Notes under the pieces: model-generated
Told to the model about the DNA's origin: nothing
Database searches by the model: none
Seen by the model: the letters and a program-made list of their open reading frames with translations, nothing else
Position numbers and translations under genes: made by a program
Shown: positions 24,360 to 38,470 of the stretch, piece by piece
Layout of the letters: each line of letters starts with the position of its first letter
Position numbering within the stretch: the stretch's first letter is position 1
Source of the DNA: Octopus vulgaris
Taxonomy: Eukaryota
Assembly (NCBI GenBank): GCA_951406725.2
Contig: OX597833.1
Span: forward strand, 29,512,001-29,576,000
Reading direction: 5' to 3'
Length of the DNA stretch: 64,000 nt

Positions 24360-24930
24360 ACCTTCAGCTGACTTAGGCTCTGGAATTGAAATTCCTTGTG
24401 GACCAGTGTACCCTGTAAGTTTCATATTCAGTTTTGGATGCTGTTAGCACAGAGCTTGGAATTTTTCAGCATTAAATTGCATGTTATTATCCCCAGCCCA
24501 TCTGTAAATTGAGTCCAACTCCTGCTGCAGGTGTGCAACATCACTGGGGTTCTGTATTTTCTGTGAGACTTTCGTATCATCTGCATAGCTTGTAAGGGTG
24601 GCTATCCGGGCATTTGAGGGCATATTTGAGAGGGCCACTATAAAAAGCAGTGGTCCCAAGACAGTGCCCTGTGGAACACCGCTCACTATTTGTGTGTTCA
24701 TAGAGGTGGCTCCATTAGCCACTACTGCCTGACTCCTATCTTTCAGGAAGTCATGTAACCACACTCCAAGTTTTCCAGCTATGCCAAGGTCATATAGTTT
24801 GTGGTATATCATACCATGATCCACATTGTCAAAAGCTTTTGCAAAATCAAGGTATATTACGTCCACTTTGATTTGTTGAGCCTCAACACCCAGTCGTAAT
24901 GTTGTAAGAGCTGGGTCAGGCAGCTCCTAT
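24360..24930 (-). pseudogene. CR1/L2/Jockey-group LINE RT fragment
   Basis: DVIYLDFAKAFDNVDH, SGVPQGTVLGPLLF, YADDTK, NNMQFNAEK. Confidence 0.85.
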
Positions 24931-26144
24931 ACATATGTATATTATATATATAATATGTGACAATTATTCGGTTGCCATAATAAAACTCCAAGTTTCAGAT
25001 GTCGGGGCCAGAAAAAAATTGTGCACGACACACAACATGTTGTCCAGTGCTTTGATATTTCTGCTAGTTCACAATTCTAGATTGATACTTCAGCAGAGTT
25101 TGAACACAGAACATAAGGTACAAGAATAAATACTGCAACACATGTCCTCCAGTTTTGATGACTTTGCCAATTCACTTGCTCAATGTGCTGTATTGTGGGG
25201 TAGAAACTAAGACTGAAGGATAATGAAGCAAACTTCCCATGCACCCACTCAAACATATATGAATATGCTCACAAACATAGATGAACATATATACATTCTG
25301 CACATATATACTACACATACATATGTATATTCAGACACATGCATATACAAACACACACCACACACACACACATACACAAACATACATATATACATACATA
25401 CATGCATACATACATGCATACATACATACATACATACATACATGCATACATACATACATACATACATACATACATACATACATACATAAATACATACATA
25501 AATACATGAATCAGCTAACCTCAAATAAGGAGTGTTTTGGACACCAACGAAGGAGGCAACAGACCTCTTCAGTGGAAATAGGGTGGAGAAGGGTGTAGCC
25601 AAGGTTAAGCTGTTACTTCTGTGGCACTCACTGATGAGAAAGAGTGAAGGAGGGGAAGGAGAGGAGTAAGGTAGTGATGATGATGATGATGATGATGATA
25701 GTGGTAGTAATTATTGTTTCCATATCCAAAAACATTCCAAAATTCTTACATGTTTCCATTATGTTCAAAATTTATCCTAAACTATCCTCCATTGGTCTTT
25801 TTTTTATGTGTTTGTATGTGTAAAGTAATTGTTATCGTTATTGAAGACTATTTTCTTCATACCTTTCTCCCCACCCCACTCCACCCCACACACACATCGT
25901 TCACGCTAAATTTTTACACCTGGTATTTCGGTCAAAATGCTTAGCATGTAACTTTCATTTTAGCCAGTCTAGTCTTTGGCAAAATCCCATATTCATCATT
26001 GGAGAAAAAAGTGTATCCAATCCAAAGACCAGACAGTTTCTAATACAAGGAAATTACTTCATTTTCTTTTATTTGTCTGTTTTTGTTTTTTCATTATTTG
26101 TTGGAAATTCCACCTCACTGTTCAAATCTGTTTATGGATTACCA

Positions 26145-26350
26145 GTATTAAGACATGACTAGCACTAAGACATTGCTGATGATAAGATACTACTCCTACT
26201 ATGACATTGTTCATGTTAAGACATTGCAGGCTCTAAGACATTACCAGCACAAGACATGACTAGCAATAAGACATTGCTTATACTAAAATACTGCTAACAT
26301 AAAGACATTGCCAGTGCTAAGATGCTTCCAGTATAAAAATATTGTCAGTG
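26145..26350 (+). repeat. Degenerate minisatellite (~18-21 bp, TAAGACATTGC core)
   Basis: About ten diverged copies of (C/A)TAAGACATTGC... Confidence 0.6.
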
Positions 26351-27310
26351 TTTAGGTATGCAGTATGATTTGGTTACTACATAGAAGCTTCCTTGTTGGC
26401 CTGGTTTGAAGTCAACTTAAATAAAGAGCAAAGATGTTGACACTCATGAAAGCCAAATGAAAGTATATTTTGTATTATATATACTCCCTTATAGGTGAAT
26501 AAGTGTAGGATATTGACTGTACTGTTTTTGGAATGCAAACTTATAGATAGCACGAACAAATGGCTTTTCTCTCCCAAAAATACAAAGCAAAGAAAGGATT
26601 TTTCAATACATTTGAAATCGTGTTTATGTTTATAATTATGTTAAAGTTATTTTTCATAACTTAACAGTTTGACAAATAAAGGCGAAAATGTACAAGTTTG
26701 AAATAAGTACTTGGGTCTGTAGGATTGATTAAACTATTAACTAAAAATAATCAAGCTTGCTTCCCGACTACATGGTTCCGTGTTCACTTCCACTACTTGG
26801 CAGCTTGGGTAAGCCTTGTGAGAGGATCTGTTAGATGGAAACTGAAAGAAGCCCATCATATATGTATTTAAGTATACATCTATGTGTATTTGTGTCTGTG
26901 TTTCTCTCTTACCATCACTTGACAACTAGTTATTGGTGTGCTTATATCTCCGTAACTTAGTGGTGCGGCTAAAGTGACTTGTAGAATAAGTACTAGGATT
27001 AAAAAAAGTAAGTCTTGGGTTTGTTCAACTAAAAACCCCTTCAAGATGGTACCCTAGCTGGCCGCAGTCAAACAACTGAAACAAGTAAAGGAAATAGTAA
27101 AAGAAATAAAACAAAAAACATTGTTTTATGTATATACACACATATATATATATATATGTGTGTGTGTGTATATATGTTTATTTTTTCACCCATGCCAGCA
27201 TGGAAAGTGGACGTTAAATGATAATGATGATGATGATGATATATATATATATATATATATAGTGGTACATATATACATATATATACTTATATGTATATAT
27301 ATATATATTC

Positions 27311-27347
<37 letters not shown>

Positions 27348-28322
27348 CTTATATGTATACATACATACATACATATATATCACAGCAGGGAATGTATCAG
27401 GACATGAAATGTAAAAGCTGGACTGGACTATTTTGTGTGCAACTCTATTGTCTCCCGAGACAAAAAGGATGCCAACAACAACAACATATATATGTATTCT
27501 TATTCTTTTATTCCATTACTTGTTTTAGTCATTTAATTGTGGGCATGCTGGAGCACCACTTTTAGTCTAACAAATTAACCTCAGGACTTATTCTTTGTCA
27601 GCCTAGTACTTATTCTATTGGTCCCTTTTGCCAAACTGCTAAGTTACAGGTATGTAAACACACAAACATCAGTTTTCAAACGATGGTAGGGGACAAACAC
27701 AGACACACAAATACATACATACATATATATATACGTACACAACAAGCTTCTTTCAGTTTCCCTCTACCAAATCCACTCACAAGGTTTTGGTTGGCCCAAG
27801 GCTACAGTATCAGACACTTGACCAAGATACCACACAGTGGGACTGAACAAGGAACCATGTCGTTGGGAAGCAAGCTTCTTACAACACAGCCACTCCTGCG
27901 CCTATATCATCTTTCCTTATCATTTTTCATTTGTCTCAGTCATTAGACTGCAGCCATTCTGGTGCACTGCCTTGAAGAATTTTTAGTTAAATGTATCAAC
28001 CTCCAGTACTTATTTCCTTATTACCTCTTATAGTCAATACGTACTTATTACCTCCAGCACGTATTATCAGCCTCTTATGCCGAACTGCTAAGTTACTGGG
28101 ATGTAAACACACCAGTACTGGTTGTCAGAGTGTGGGTGAGGATACAAAGACACACACATATATAATTGGCTTCTTTTAGTTTCATATATGAGATCCATTC
28201 ACTAGGCTTTGGTTGGCCTGAGCCTATAGTAGAAGACACTTGTCTAGGGTGTCACACAATGGGACTGAGCTCTGAATCATGTGGCTGGGAAGCCAGCTTC
28301 TTATCAGACAGCCACACTCACA

Positions 28323-28780
<458 letters not shown>

Positions 28781-28782
<2 letters not shown>

Positions 28783-29077
28783 AGGCGCAATAGCCTAGTG
28801 GTTAGGGCAGCGGACTCGCGGTCGCAGGATCGCGGTTTTGATTCCCAGACCGGGCGTTGTGAGTGTTTATTGAGCGAAAACACCTAAAAGCTCCACGAGG
28901 CTCTGGCAGGGGGTGGTGATCCCTGCTGTACTCTTTCACCGCTCTTTCTCCCACTCTTTCTTCTTTTGGCCTGCTCGCTTAGCCAGCGGGGTGACATCAT
29001 TCGAAGGCTAAAACAATGCGAACACATTGTGACCAGCGATGTGTAACAACATCTGATGGTCTGGTCGGTCACGTGAT

Positions 29078-29085
<8 letters not shown>
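28781..29085 (+). mobile_element. Second tRNA-derived SINE family
   Basis: tRNA-like head GGCGCAATAGCCTAGTGGTTAGGGCAGCGGACTCGCGGTCGCAGGATCGCGGTTTTGATTCCC followed by a ~220-bp body ending GTCACGTGATCACGTG(AT)n. Confidence 0.75.
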
Positions 29086-29122
<37 letters not shown>

Positions 29123-29133
29123 TAATAGTAGGG

Positions 29134-31550
29134 AACTTAATAACTTTGATATACTATTAACTGAAAAAATTGTAAAGTCTAAATAATTTAAATACTAAAT
29201 ATGTGAAATACATAATATAATAAATATAAATTAAGCTAAAATTAATATAATCTATTTTCATTAATTTATTAATTTATTTTATAAACATCTAATTTTCAAC
29301 TTATTCTAATTATTTAATATAGACTATTTATCTAATTATTTATTTATTTAATATAGACTATATAATATAAGGTGGTCTATATAGGGATGACATTTTATTA
29401 ATAACTAAGAATTGCACTAATAGAACACTAGAATTATATCATAAGAAACTATATAATTTTTTTTTTTAAATGGATTGAGTATTACTATATATAATGAGAA
29501 CTATAATGTTAATTATTTAGATGCTAATTTTAATTTGATAACAGGTAAAACCCAAACATTCCATAAAATTAATGAAAACCTTAGATATATTAATGCTAAT
29601 AGTAATCATCTACCTTCTATTAAGAAATCATTGATAGATAATATAGGCAAAAGAATATCGTTGCTTTCTTCTAATTTTGAGATTTTCTAAACACACACAC
29701 CTTATTATAATGAAGCCCTGTGAGAGGCGGGATATAATAATATTATTAAATTCTTTAATAATTCTAAATATGATTATAATATAAAAGATCATAATATAAA
29801 TAATTCCTATATATATTTTATAATAATAAACCTAACATTAAGAATTATGATACATTTTATTTAGGTAATCATGGTATTAATAATATGTATTATGATAATA
29901 CAAAACATAAATATAATAATAGATTACAAAATAAGATTAAATTTCAATCATTTAATGTTAATAATAAATTTAATAATATAAAAAATAAATATAATAAATA
30001 TGATAATATTAATAAGAACAAAATTTGGTTAATTATTCCTTATGGAGCTCAAGTTAAAACAAACCTTATTGAAGAGATTTTAACTATAAATGAAGTATTC
30101 ATTAGAAATAATAAAAAATATAACATTTTTTCTAGTAATAATTTTGGAATTGGTTATTCTACTACTAATAATGTAGGTAACATTATTTCTTCTTTTAATA
30201 AATTTAAGCTGAATAAATTTTACAAAAACAAATCAAATAATTATTGCAATAATAATAATAATATATTTAATTGTACATGTAGAGATAAAACTAAATGTAA
30301 TTTCGATGATGTAGTATATAAATGTGTAGTGAATTTGATTGATGATAATAATAGGAATGGTTATATTTTAAATGCAATGTACACAGGGTCGACTGCTAAT
30401 AAAATTAAATTACGGGTGGCTCAATACATGAATTCTTTTCAGAATACAAATTTAATTAATTCTACTGGCCTTAGTAATTATATATGGGAACTAAAATCTA
30501 AAAATATTAAGTACAATTTAAATTGGGAGATAGTTTGTAAGGCAAAATCATATCAAATAGGTAGTAATTTTTGTTTATTATGTACTAACGAATTTAAGGA
30601 GATATTATTAACTAATAATAAAAATTTAATAATCTTCCTTGACGAACGAAAAATTAAATGTAGACATAAATTAAATTATTTATATAATAAGTTTAGCTAA
30701 TTTGTGTATATATATAAACCTTGTTTTATGTTATTAATTGCAGTAGTTTTAATTTGTAGTAGTAAAATGTGTATAAATTAGCATGAGATTATACAGTCTA
30801 TATCAAATAATTAGAATAAGTTGAAAATTAGATGTTTATAAAATAAATGAATTAATTAATGAAAATAGATTATATTAATTTTAGCTTAATTTATATTTAT
30901 TATATTATGTATTTAACGTATTTAGTATTTGAATTATTTAGACTTTACAATTTTTCCAGTTAATAGTATATTAAAGTTAAGTTTTTTCCTTAATCTTACA
31001 GCTAAAACACATTTGTAATTTTAATAGCTTAAATGCATATTTCTATCTATTTCTTCTATAAATTCTATTTATGCCATATTTTCATGCGATATATTTCTTA
31101 TAAACACAAAGTTCGACGTTTTATGTTTAAATTTGTTAGTTAACGAAAATCCTTCGACCAGATAAGTTATATTTTTATTTTTAAAAATATAGTTAAATGC
31201 TTTTCGATTATTTATAGTTAATACACGTATTTTTTATATATTTATTTGATAATTAGTTTAAGTTAAGATAAGTACATTTATTTTATTATTTATTATTTTA
31301 GACCTGATGAGTGACTATATTTTTTAATAGAATTAATTTTAGTTCGATTTAATTTTGAATCGAATTGATTTTATTATTATTATCTATTTGAAAATATAGC
31401 CATGAAATGTGCATAGTCTTTTTATTACTATTTACTATTTATTGTACTTTATTGATTTAAAATAAGGTTATTTTATAGTATGTTTTTCTATATGGTGTGA
31501 ATAACATCTTTCTTTATTGAATTGTTTAATAGTGGTTTTTCTCTAAATTA
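29134..31550 (+). mobile_element. Extremely AT-rich Penelope-like element (Naiad-type), 5'-truncated, with inverted 5' segment and 3' HHR
   Basis: GGLYRDDILLI at about 29371. ORF 29475 has VNYLDANFNL and LRYINANSNH. ORF 29885-30700 has the GIY-YIG (VVYKCVV...MYTGST...LSNYIWELK...CLLCTNE...CRHK). About 29134-29325 is the reverse complement of about 30795-30983. Confidence 0.85.
31300..31419 (+). ncRNA. Type I hammerhead ribozyme with a long (~90 nt) stem II
   Basis: Stem I AGAC/GTCT, core CTGATGA, stem II GTGACTATATTTT/AAAATATAGCCAT with inner AATAG/CTATT and TTCGATTT/GAATCGAA pairings, GAAA, stem III ATG-TG-CAT, triplet AUA ending at 31415. Confidence 0.8.
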
Positions 31551-31714
31551 TATATATATATATAGGAGTGTTAGAGGCTGGAATAACTGTCTAAGGGATA
31601 AGAGTATTCGTTATACTACCGGTATAATTACCTATGTTAACCCTGGGCATACATATTCAAACATATTATTCTCATAGATTACAGGTAATGACAAAGATGA
31701 GTTTATCAGGAATC

Positions 31715-32029
31715 AAATTTAAAGTAAACAGAAAATGGAGAAATATTGATCAACAACAATTTACTTACATCAATTATTAATTTTTGATCCAATACAAATA
31801 GACTGTATCCCCTCTGACAGCTATTTCTGCTTCCAATGTTATATGGTATTGCCATTGATATTCTAAAAGTAGTATCATTTCTAGAATATCAATGGCAATA
31901 CCATATAACATTGGAAGCAGAAACAGCTGTTAGATGGGATACAGTCTACTTGTATTGAATTAAAAATCAATAATTGATGTAAGTAAATTGTTGTTGATCA
32001 ATACTTCATTTTCTGTTTACTTTAAATTT
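31715..32029. repeat. Fold-back palindrome (arms ~150 bp, centre ~31873)
   Basis: AAATTTAAAGTAAACAGAAAATG... / ...CATTTTCTGTTTACTTTAAATTT. Contains the HHR 3' half GAAACAGCTGTT at 31920 and abuts (TA)n. Confidence 0.88.
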
Positions 32030-32039
32030 ATATATATAT

Positions 32040-32071
<32 letters not shown>

Positions 32072-32100
32072 GTGCGTGTCTGTGTATACATGTATGTATG

Positions 32101-32134
<34 letters not shown>

Positions 32135-33777
32135 TGTATGTATGTATGTATGTATGTATGTATGTATGTATGTATGCTGATCTCTAATTGTAGAGGGAAC
32201 CCTTGGAAAGTGTAGACTCAGGAAGATGTGAAGTGGTAAGAAAGGATCTTCAGACATTGGACCTCACAGAGGAGATGACAAAAGACTGAGATTTCTGGCT
32301 GTGTACTGTGCTTGAGAAGACATGTCAAGCTAAGAAGAATCATGACCATTCATCCCTACAGCCATGTTTTTTGTGGCTATGTCCTCCTCCACTCCCTCTC
32401 TCTCAACTGAGAGGTCCTTGTCTTGTGGACTCACAGGTACTGGTTCCACATGAAAATACCCATGCCAGTGCCACATAAAAGCACTCCTGCTGGTGCAATG
32501 TAAAGGCTCCCATGCTGGTGCCATGTAAAAACATCCCATGCACTCTGTAAAGTGGTTGACATTAGAAAGGGCATCCAGCCATAGAACCAATGCTAAAACA
32601 GACAATCGTAGCCTGGGCAGCTATGTGGCTAGCCAGCTCCTGGGAAACCACCCAACCCATACCAGCATGGAAAACAGATGTTAAATGATGATGATGTTGA
32701 TGATATAAATTACTTTCACACACACATCTATATGGATGTGGACATAACTGAATGACTTTGAAGTTTACTCATATGAGTTCCTGGGTCTGATCTAAAACCT
32801 TTTGAGCGAAGGTAGATGGAAACTGTGTACAAGACCATCAGATGGATTACACTTGTTTCAAAGTCCTACCTTACCATATATTCTGTCACAATGTCATACG
32901 GATTCTTGTTGAGAATTGAATTAAGGGTACATTTGTATGTGGAATACTCAGCCACTTTACATGCTAATTTAATGAGTAGGTCATTAAAATTTATAAGAAC
33001 ATCCATTGTGTGTGTGTGTGTGCATGCACACTCTGCTGGATGCATAAAGAGAGCTTAAATGAGGTGAGAAAGTAAAACTGGGTATAAGAAGGATCAAATG
33101 TAGCAAGGAAGAGAGAAGTGTGCAGTGATACAGATGTACAATAAGAGGTGGGTAAAGAAATACCAAGTGGTTCATATGAAAGGCAACTACAAAAAAAAGA
33201 AAGAAAACAGGAAAAAGTGAAAACTGATCTCAGAGCAAGTAGTGAAAAGTTGTGCATGGAAAAGCAAATGACAAAAAGATGATGATATAGTGGATGTCAC
33301 CTATTGCTATCACTGGTTATTGTTATCAAAATTTTGGAATAAACCACAACATAACTACTTCAATTACTAATGGAGGTCACACTAAAGAACTGGTAAATGT
33401 ATGAGGATGGTGGCAGGTGACAGGTATAATGGTGAAAGGGATGTGGAACCATGTATTACTGCAAGGTGTAGAAATACTTGTGTATTAGTATTGGTTATGT
33501 GGCTGACAGCATTATTGTTACATATATATCTTTAATACTAATGGTTTTTCATTTTTTTCTTCTTAGTAGTCCACTACATTTAGGTTGGAACAATAGCATT
33601 CCTAAATCCATTGATTTTTCAAGTTTAAGACCCTTTTGGCTGCATCATCTAAATCAGTGATTCTCAACCATTTTTTTCCTATGGAACACTTTGATTCCTA
33701 TTTTGTTCTACTGGACCTCCATAACCATTCACTGTATATATATATTAAAAAAATCTTACTGTATTTTTATAATTAAA

Positions 33778-34142
33778 CTAGCACTATGACCCGGCAATGC
33801 TGGGTCATAATGCTAGTGCATGCATATACAGCTGCGTGCATGCACACATACACGTGAGTACTGTCCAAATCTCAGACCAATCACATACAGCTAGCTGGCA
33901 TTCAATTGGCGTATCAAGTTTTGGGCATTTTGATTGGGTTTTGGATAGAAAATTCACAAAAAATCACTTCTATTGATTTTTTAATGGCTTTGTGGGGGGA
34001 CTGGGGAAATGTAAAGATGTGCACGACCACCCTTGGACGGTTTTGAATGACCATAGAAAGTGCGAGCCCTCTAACTGAAAAATTGAGCATTTGTATAAAG
34101 GACACGCACGCAGACATTTTGCCATTTATATATAGAGAGAGA
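33778..34142 (-). mobile_element. Non-autonomous Helitron
   Basis: Minus strand has 5' TC...TATATATAAA, a subterminal hairpin GACCCAGCATTGCCGGGTC, and 3' CTAG|T. Confidence 0.75.
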
Positions 34143-36654
34143 TATTTCAGACAAATGTATAAAAACAAAATTGAAATATTTTGTATATTATAGAAGAAAT
34201 GACTGTGCTGGTATGAGGTACATGGATGAGGACAGCTGCAGAAAGAAGTGCTAATTGCTAAATGTGGATGGAACTTGTGGAAGAGGGAGACTCAGAAAGA
34301 CGTGGGGTGCAGTAGTGAAGAATGACCTGTACATCTCTCTATGCATCTCTCTTGCACCCCATCTCCACACACTTCACATCATCCTCCCTAACCCATACTC
34401 ACTTCCTCCTACTTTCCCTCCAACTGATATTCATGATTGACCAAGCCTCCACCGTTTTACCTCTCACTGCATTTCCCTCTGTCTCCATCTCTATCTATCT
34501 ACCACTCTCCTCATACTCCCACATACTCACTTTACCTACTCATGCTTCTTCTCTTATATTCAGTTTCCTTAACCTAAGAGTCTGCTTTGACACATCTTCA
34601 CTGCCATCTTCTTTCTTTTCCATGTGGGGGGTAACCATATATCTCCCTACAGCAAGATATTTGTTCTTGTCACTCTATCATACTTTAACTTCTCATCAAC
34701 TGGCATACAGCCACCTACCTTGATACTGCACACTCAAACCATCTGAATGGTTGTAAGAGTTATTTGGTGACCTCACTAGTACCAGTGCCACATAAAATGT
34801 ACCCAGTACACACTAAATTGGTTGGTATTAGGAAGGACATCTAGCCATCAAAACCATGTCAAAGCAGACATTAGAATTTGGTACTGTCCTCAGGTATGTT
34901 GGTTCCTGTTGACCCATTCAACTCATGGTAACATGGGAGATGGATGCCAGATCTCTCTCTCTTTCTCTCTCACACACACGATACACAGGCATGTATAATA
35001 TGTATATGCGTATGAAAGCAGAGAGCTGGCAGAATCGTTAGCATGTTGGCAAACTGCACAGTGGTATTTCATTCGTCTTTACATTCTGATTTCAAATTCA
35101 GCCAAGGTTGACTTTGCTTTTCATCCTTTCAGGGTTGATAAAATAAGTACCAGTTGAAAACTGGGGTCAATGTAATCAACTTATTCCTTCCTCTGAAATT
35201 GCTAGCTTTGTGTCAAAATTTGAAATCAATATGTATATGTGTATATGAATGCTTATTTCAGTATTTCTTTGCATGACACATACGAGGTGCAGCAGTATCA
35301 TTGGACAACTAACAGAGAAAGTATTTTTTAGATGTGGCAGATGTAGAGGTACATTAAACACCAGGAATGTACAAAAAATAAACTTCCTTGTATTACCAGA
35401 GGGGATCCCTAAAAGTAGTAGACAGTTTCTATTACTTAGGTGACCAATTTAGCAGTGGGGTAGGTTGTTCTGAAAGCATTGCTGCTAGAATAAGAATAGG
35501 CTGAGCGAAGTCAGAGAGCTACTACATCTGTTAGTAATGAAGAGCCTCTCCCTCAGAGGAAGGGCATCCAGCCATAGATAGACACCATGCCAAAACATAC
35601 ATTGGGCCTGAACAGTCTTCATCTCATCAGCTTCTGTCAAACCGTCCAACCTATGCTAGCAGGGAAAACGGATGTTAAATGGTGATGATGGTGTTTAGGA
35701 AATAGAGATGTCATGTTTGTACCACCTATAAACAATAAGCCTTCAACCAATGAGAAAGTGTTGTGATTGTTTCAAGTTTACATCGTGGCAGGAAAGGCAT
35801 CTGACTACAGTATACTGTCTCAGTATGGTTTGTGTCCAATCCTTGACAGCATGAGGGAGAAATAGAACTTAAAAATGATGATGATACCGATGATGATGAT
35901 GTGTGTTTGAGTTTTATGTTTACACTAGGTCTGAAAAAACTATTGTTGCTATACTCAAGAAAACCTATCCACCACAAGAGTTTTACTCAGGAAGACTCAC
36001 CCACTACAACAGAATTGAGATCCTAAAACCAAGATGCCATGTAAAAAGTATTGGTGTGAGTGTGCTGGTGTCAGATTAAGAAAACTGATGATAGTACTAT
36101 GTAAAAAGCACCCAGTACACTCTGTAAAATTGTTGGCATAAGAAGGGCATTCAGCTGTAGAAACCAGGCCAAAACAGACTATGGAACTTGGTGTGACGTG
36201 ACCCTGGCTTGGCCAGTTTCTGTCAAGCCATCCAACCCATGCCAGCATGGAAAATGGACATTAAATGTTGATGATGACGTTTATGCTATGTTTGATATAA
36301 AGAAGCTCCGTTAATTGAACAACTGGAACCATCATCTAATGAAAGCAACATTCATTCATCAATATGTACCAAAGACTAACGACATCAGGAAATCCCAATG
36401 GTATTAAGATATGTAAAATGTATAAAATATATAAAACAGAGAATATGAAAATTTTTTCTGAAATATTCACAAAACAAATTTTGAAAAGAAGAGTACATTT
36501 TTTCCCAGTGTATTTTTGGTATTTCTTCTTTACTAGCTCTAAAAATGTGGAGATGATGTTCAAGCATCCTTAGGCAGTTAGAAAAAAACTGTGCTTGCTT
36601 TTTCACTACCAACACCATATTCTTGCCCTATCCACCTCACCATTCTCCAGCAAC

Positions 36655-38264
36655 TATTACTCCTCTCTATCCTTCTCTTCATCATCATCATCATCATCAT
36701 TCTCATTGCAAACACCATCATCATCACCATTGCAATCATCATCATCACCATCGCAATCATCATCATCACCATCGCAATCATCATTGTCATCATCATTATC
36801 ATCATCATTTTCATCATTCCTGTCTTCTTCCTTACCTTTCATCAACAATAACAAGATTACAGTAGTTACCACCAAAACTAGTTGACATAATTATCGTTGC
36901 TAATCAGTCTGTCTGTCTGTCTCTGATAAAAAGCAACAAACCACCACCACTACCACCATCATCACTAACATCCTTAAATTTATAAGCTCCCTTACTAACA
37001 TCATAGTCATCATCATCAATTGATACCACCATCATCATCATTAATACCGCCATTACTATCCTCTCTCCACCTCCACTCCTAATTCCCCTACATATCTCCA
37101 ACGTCCCTCCTCTACGTCCACCACCACCAACTGTTTTCCATCTGTTTATTAGATACCATGCTGGGACCCTTATCTACCGTTGTCTATTTACAATGTAGCT
37201 ACAATGTGATCCATTTAATACAATAACATTTCACTTTGATCATATACCATCATTATCACCACAACCATGATCACTGGCCCCATCACCACCACCACTACCA
37301 CCACTTAATAGTACCAACAACAGTTGTAACAGTAGCAAGTATCATTTTGAACTACTGTTACCCTCTGCCAACAACTATCAGCAACAGAGACATCTGCTCT
37401 ACTAGTGTCTTTATTAATTACCATCACTAACGCCACCACTGCCAACATCACTATCTCCTTCACCATCAACACAACCTCTATCATCATCTTCAGCAGTAGC
37501 AGCAGACCCTACTGTCACTACAGTTATTCTACTAATCCTTGACTTTGCATTCCCTAATTTTTTCTTCATCACCACATCACCTTGTCATCATCATCACCAC
37601 CACTTCACAAACACCACCTTCCAGCACAACCACTACCACCACCGCCCCAACACTCCATCAGCATCGGTTGTTGTTGTCATCATCATCATCATCTTCATAA
37701 CCAGTATCATTGTCATTGTCATCATTGTTGTTGGCACCTCACTACCATTGTCATCCCCATCATCATCATCACTTTTTCTCATCGAAGTTATCTTCAACTA
37801 ACAATCACCATCACCATCACAATTTCTAAATATCTTCATCAATCCCACCCAAACCATCAATCACTATCATCACCACCACCCTTTGCACAAAAGCTCTGAG
37901 GGCACCAATAATAATCATCTCTGTTATAGTAAAGGTGCGTGGTCTAGCGCAGATCATAGGTTCAGTTCCTGGACCAGGTAACATGTTGTGTTGTTGAGCA
38001 AAACACTTCATTTCACATTGCGCTAGTGCTGTGCGGAGACTGGCATGTAAAAGAATAGACCCATTTGCTTTGCATGTAGTAAAGGGAACTAAAAGAGGTT
38101 GATGTAAGATTTGCACTCCAGCCTCATAAAACCCTCACCACCAACAACAAGGCAAAACAGACCTACGGTTTGGAGGGTTGTCACCTTGAATGGTACAAAG
38201 CAGGAATAAGGAATCACCAACAAATGGTGGATGCAGTGACATGCTGTTACAATACATGACCCCA

Positions 38265-38329
<65 letters not shown>

Positions 38330-38379
38330 TCACCACCACCACCACCACCACCACTACCACCACCACCACCACCACCACC

Positions 38380-38412
<33 letters not shown>

Positions 38413-38470
38413 GTTATCACACATCCTCCACATCCACCACCTCAACTGTTATCACCACCATCAACTCTAC
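36655..38470. repeat. Low-complexity (CAT)n/(CAC)n/(TAC)n trinucleotide region
   Basis: Direct inspection. It produces the poly-H/Y/S/D/M ORFs in the track. Confidence 0.9.

Noticed and set aside
25631-25660. Isolated CTGATGA heptamers (also near 19277, 23591, 41767 and 47815)
   Set aside because: No matching stem II, GAAA, stem III and stem I arrangement was found by eye.
28781-28856. tRNA gene
   Set aside because: The B-box is degenerate (GGTTTTGATTCC), the acceptor stem is incomplete, and it continues into a SINE body.
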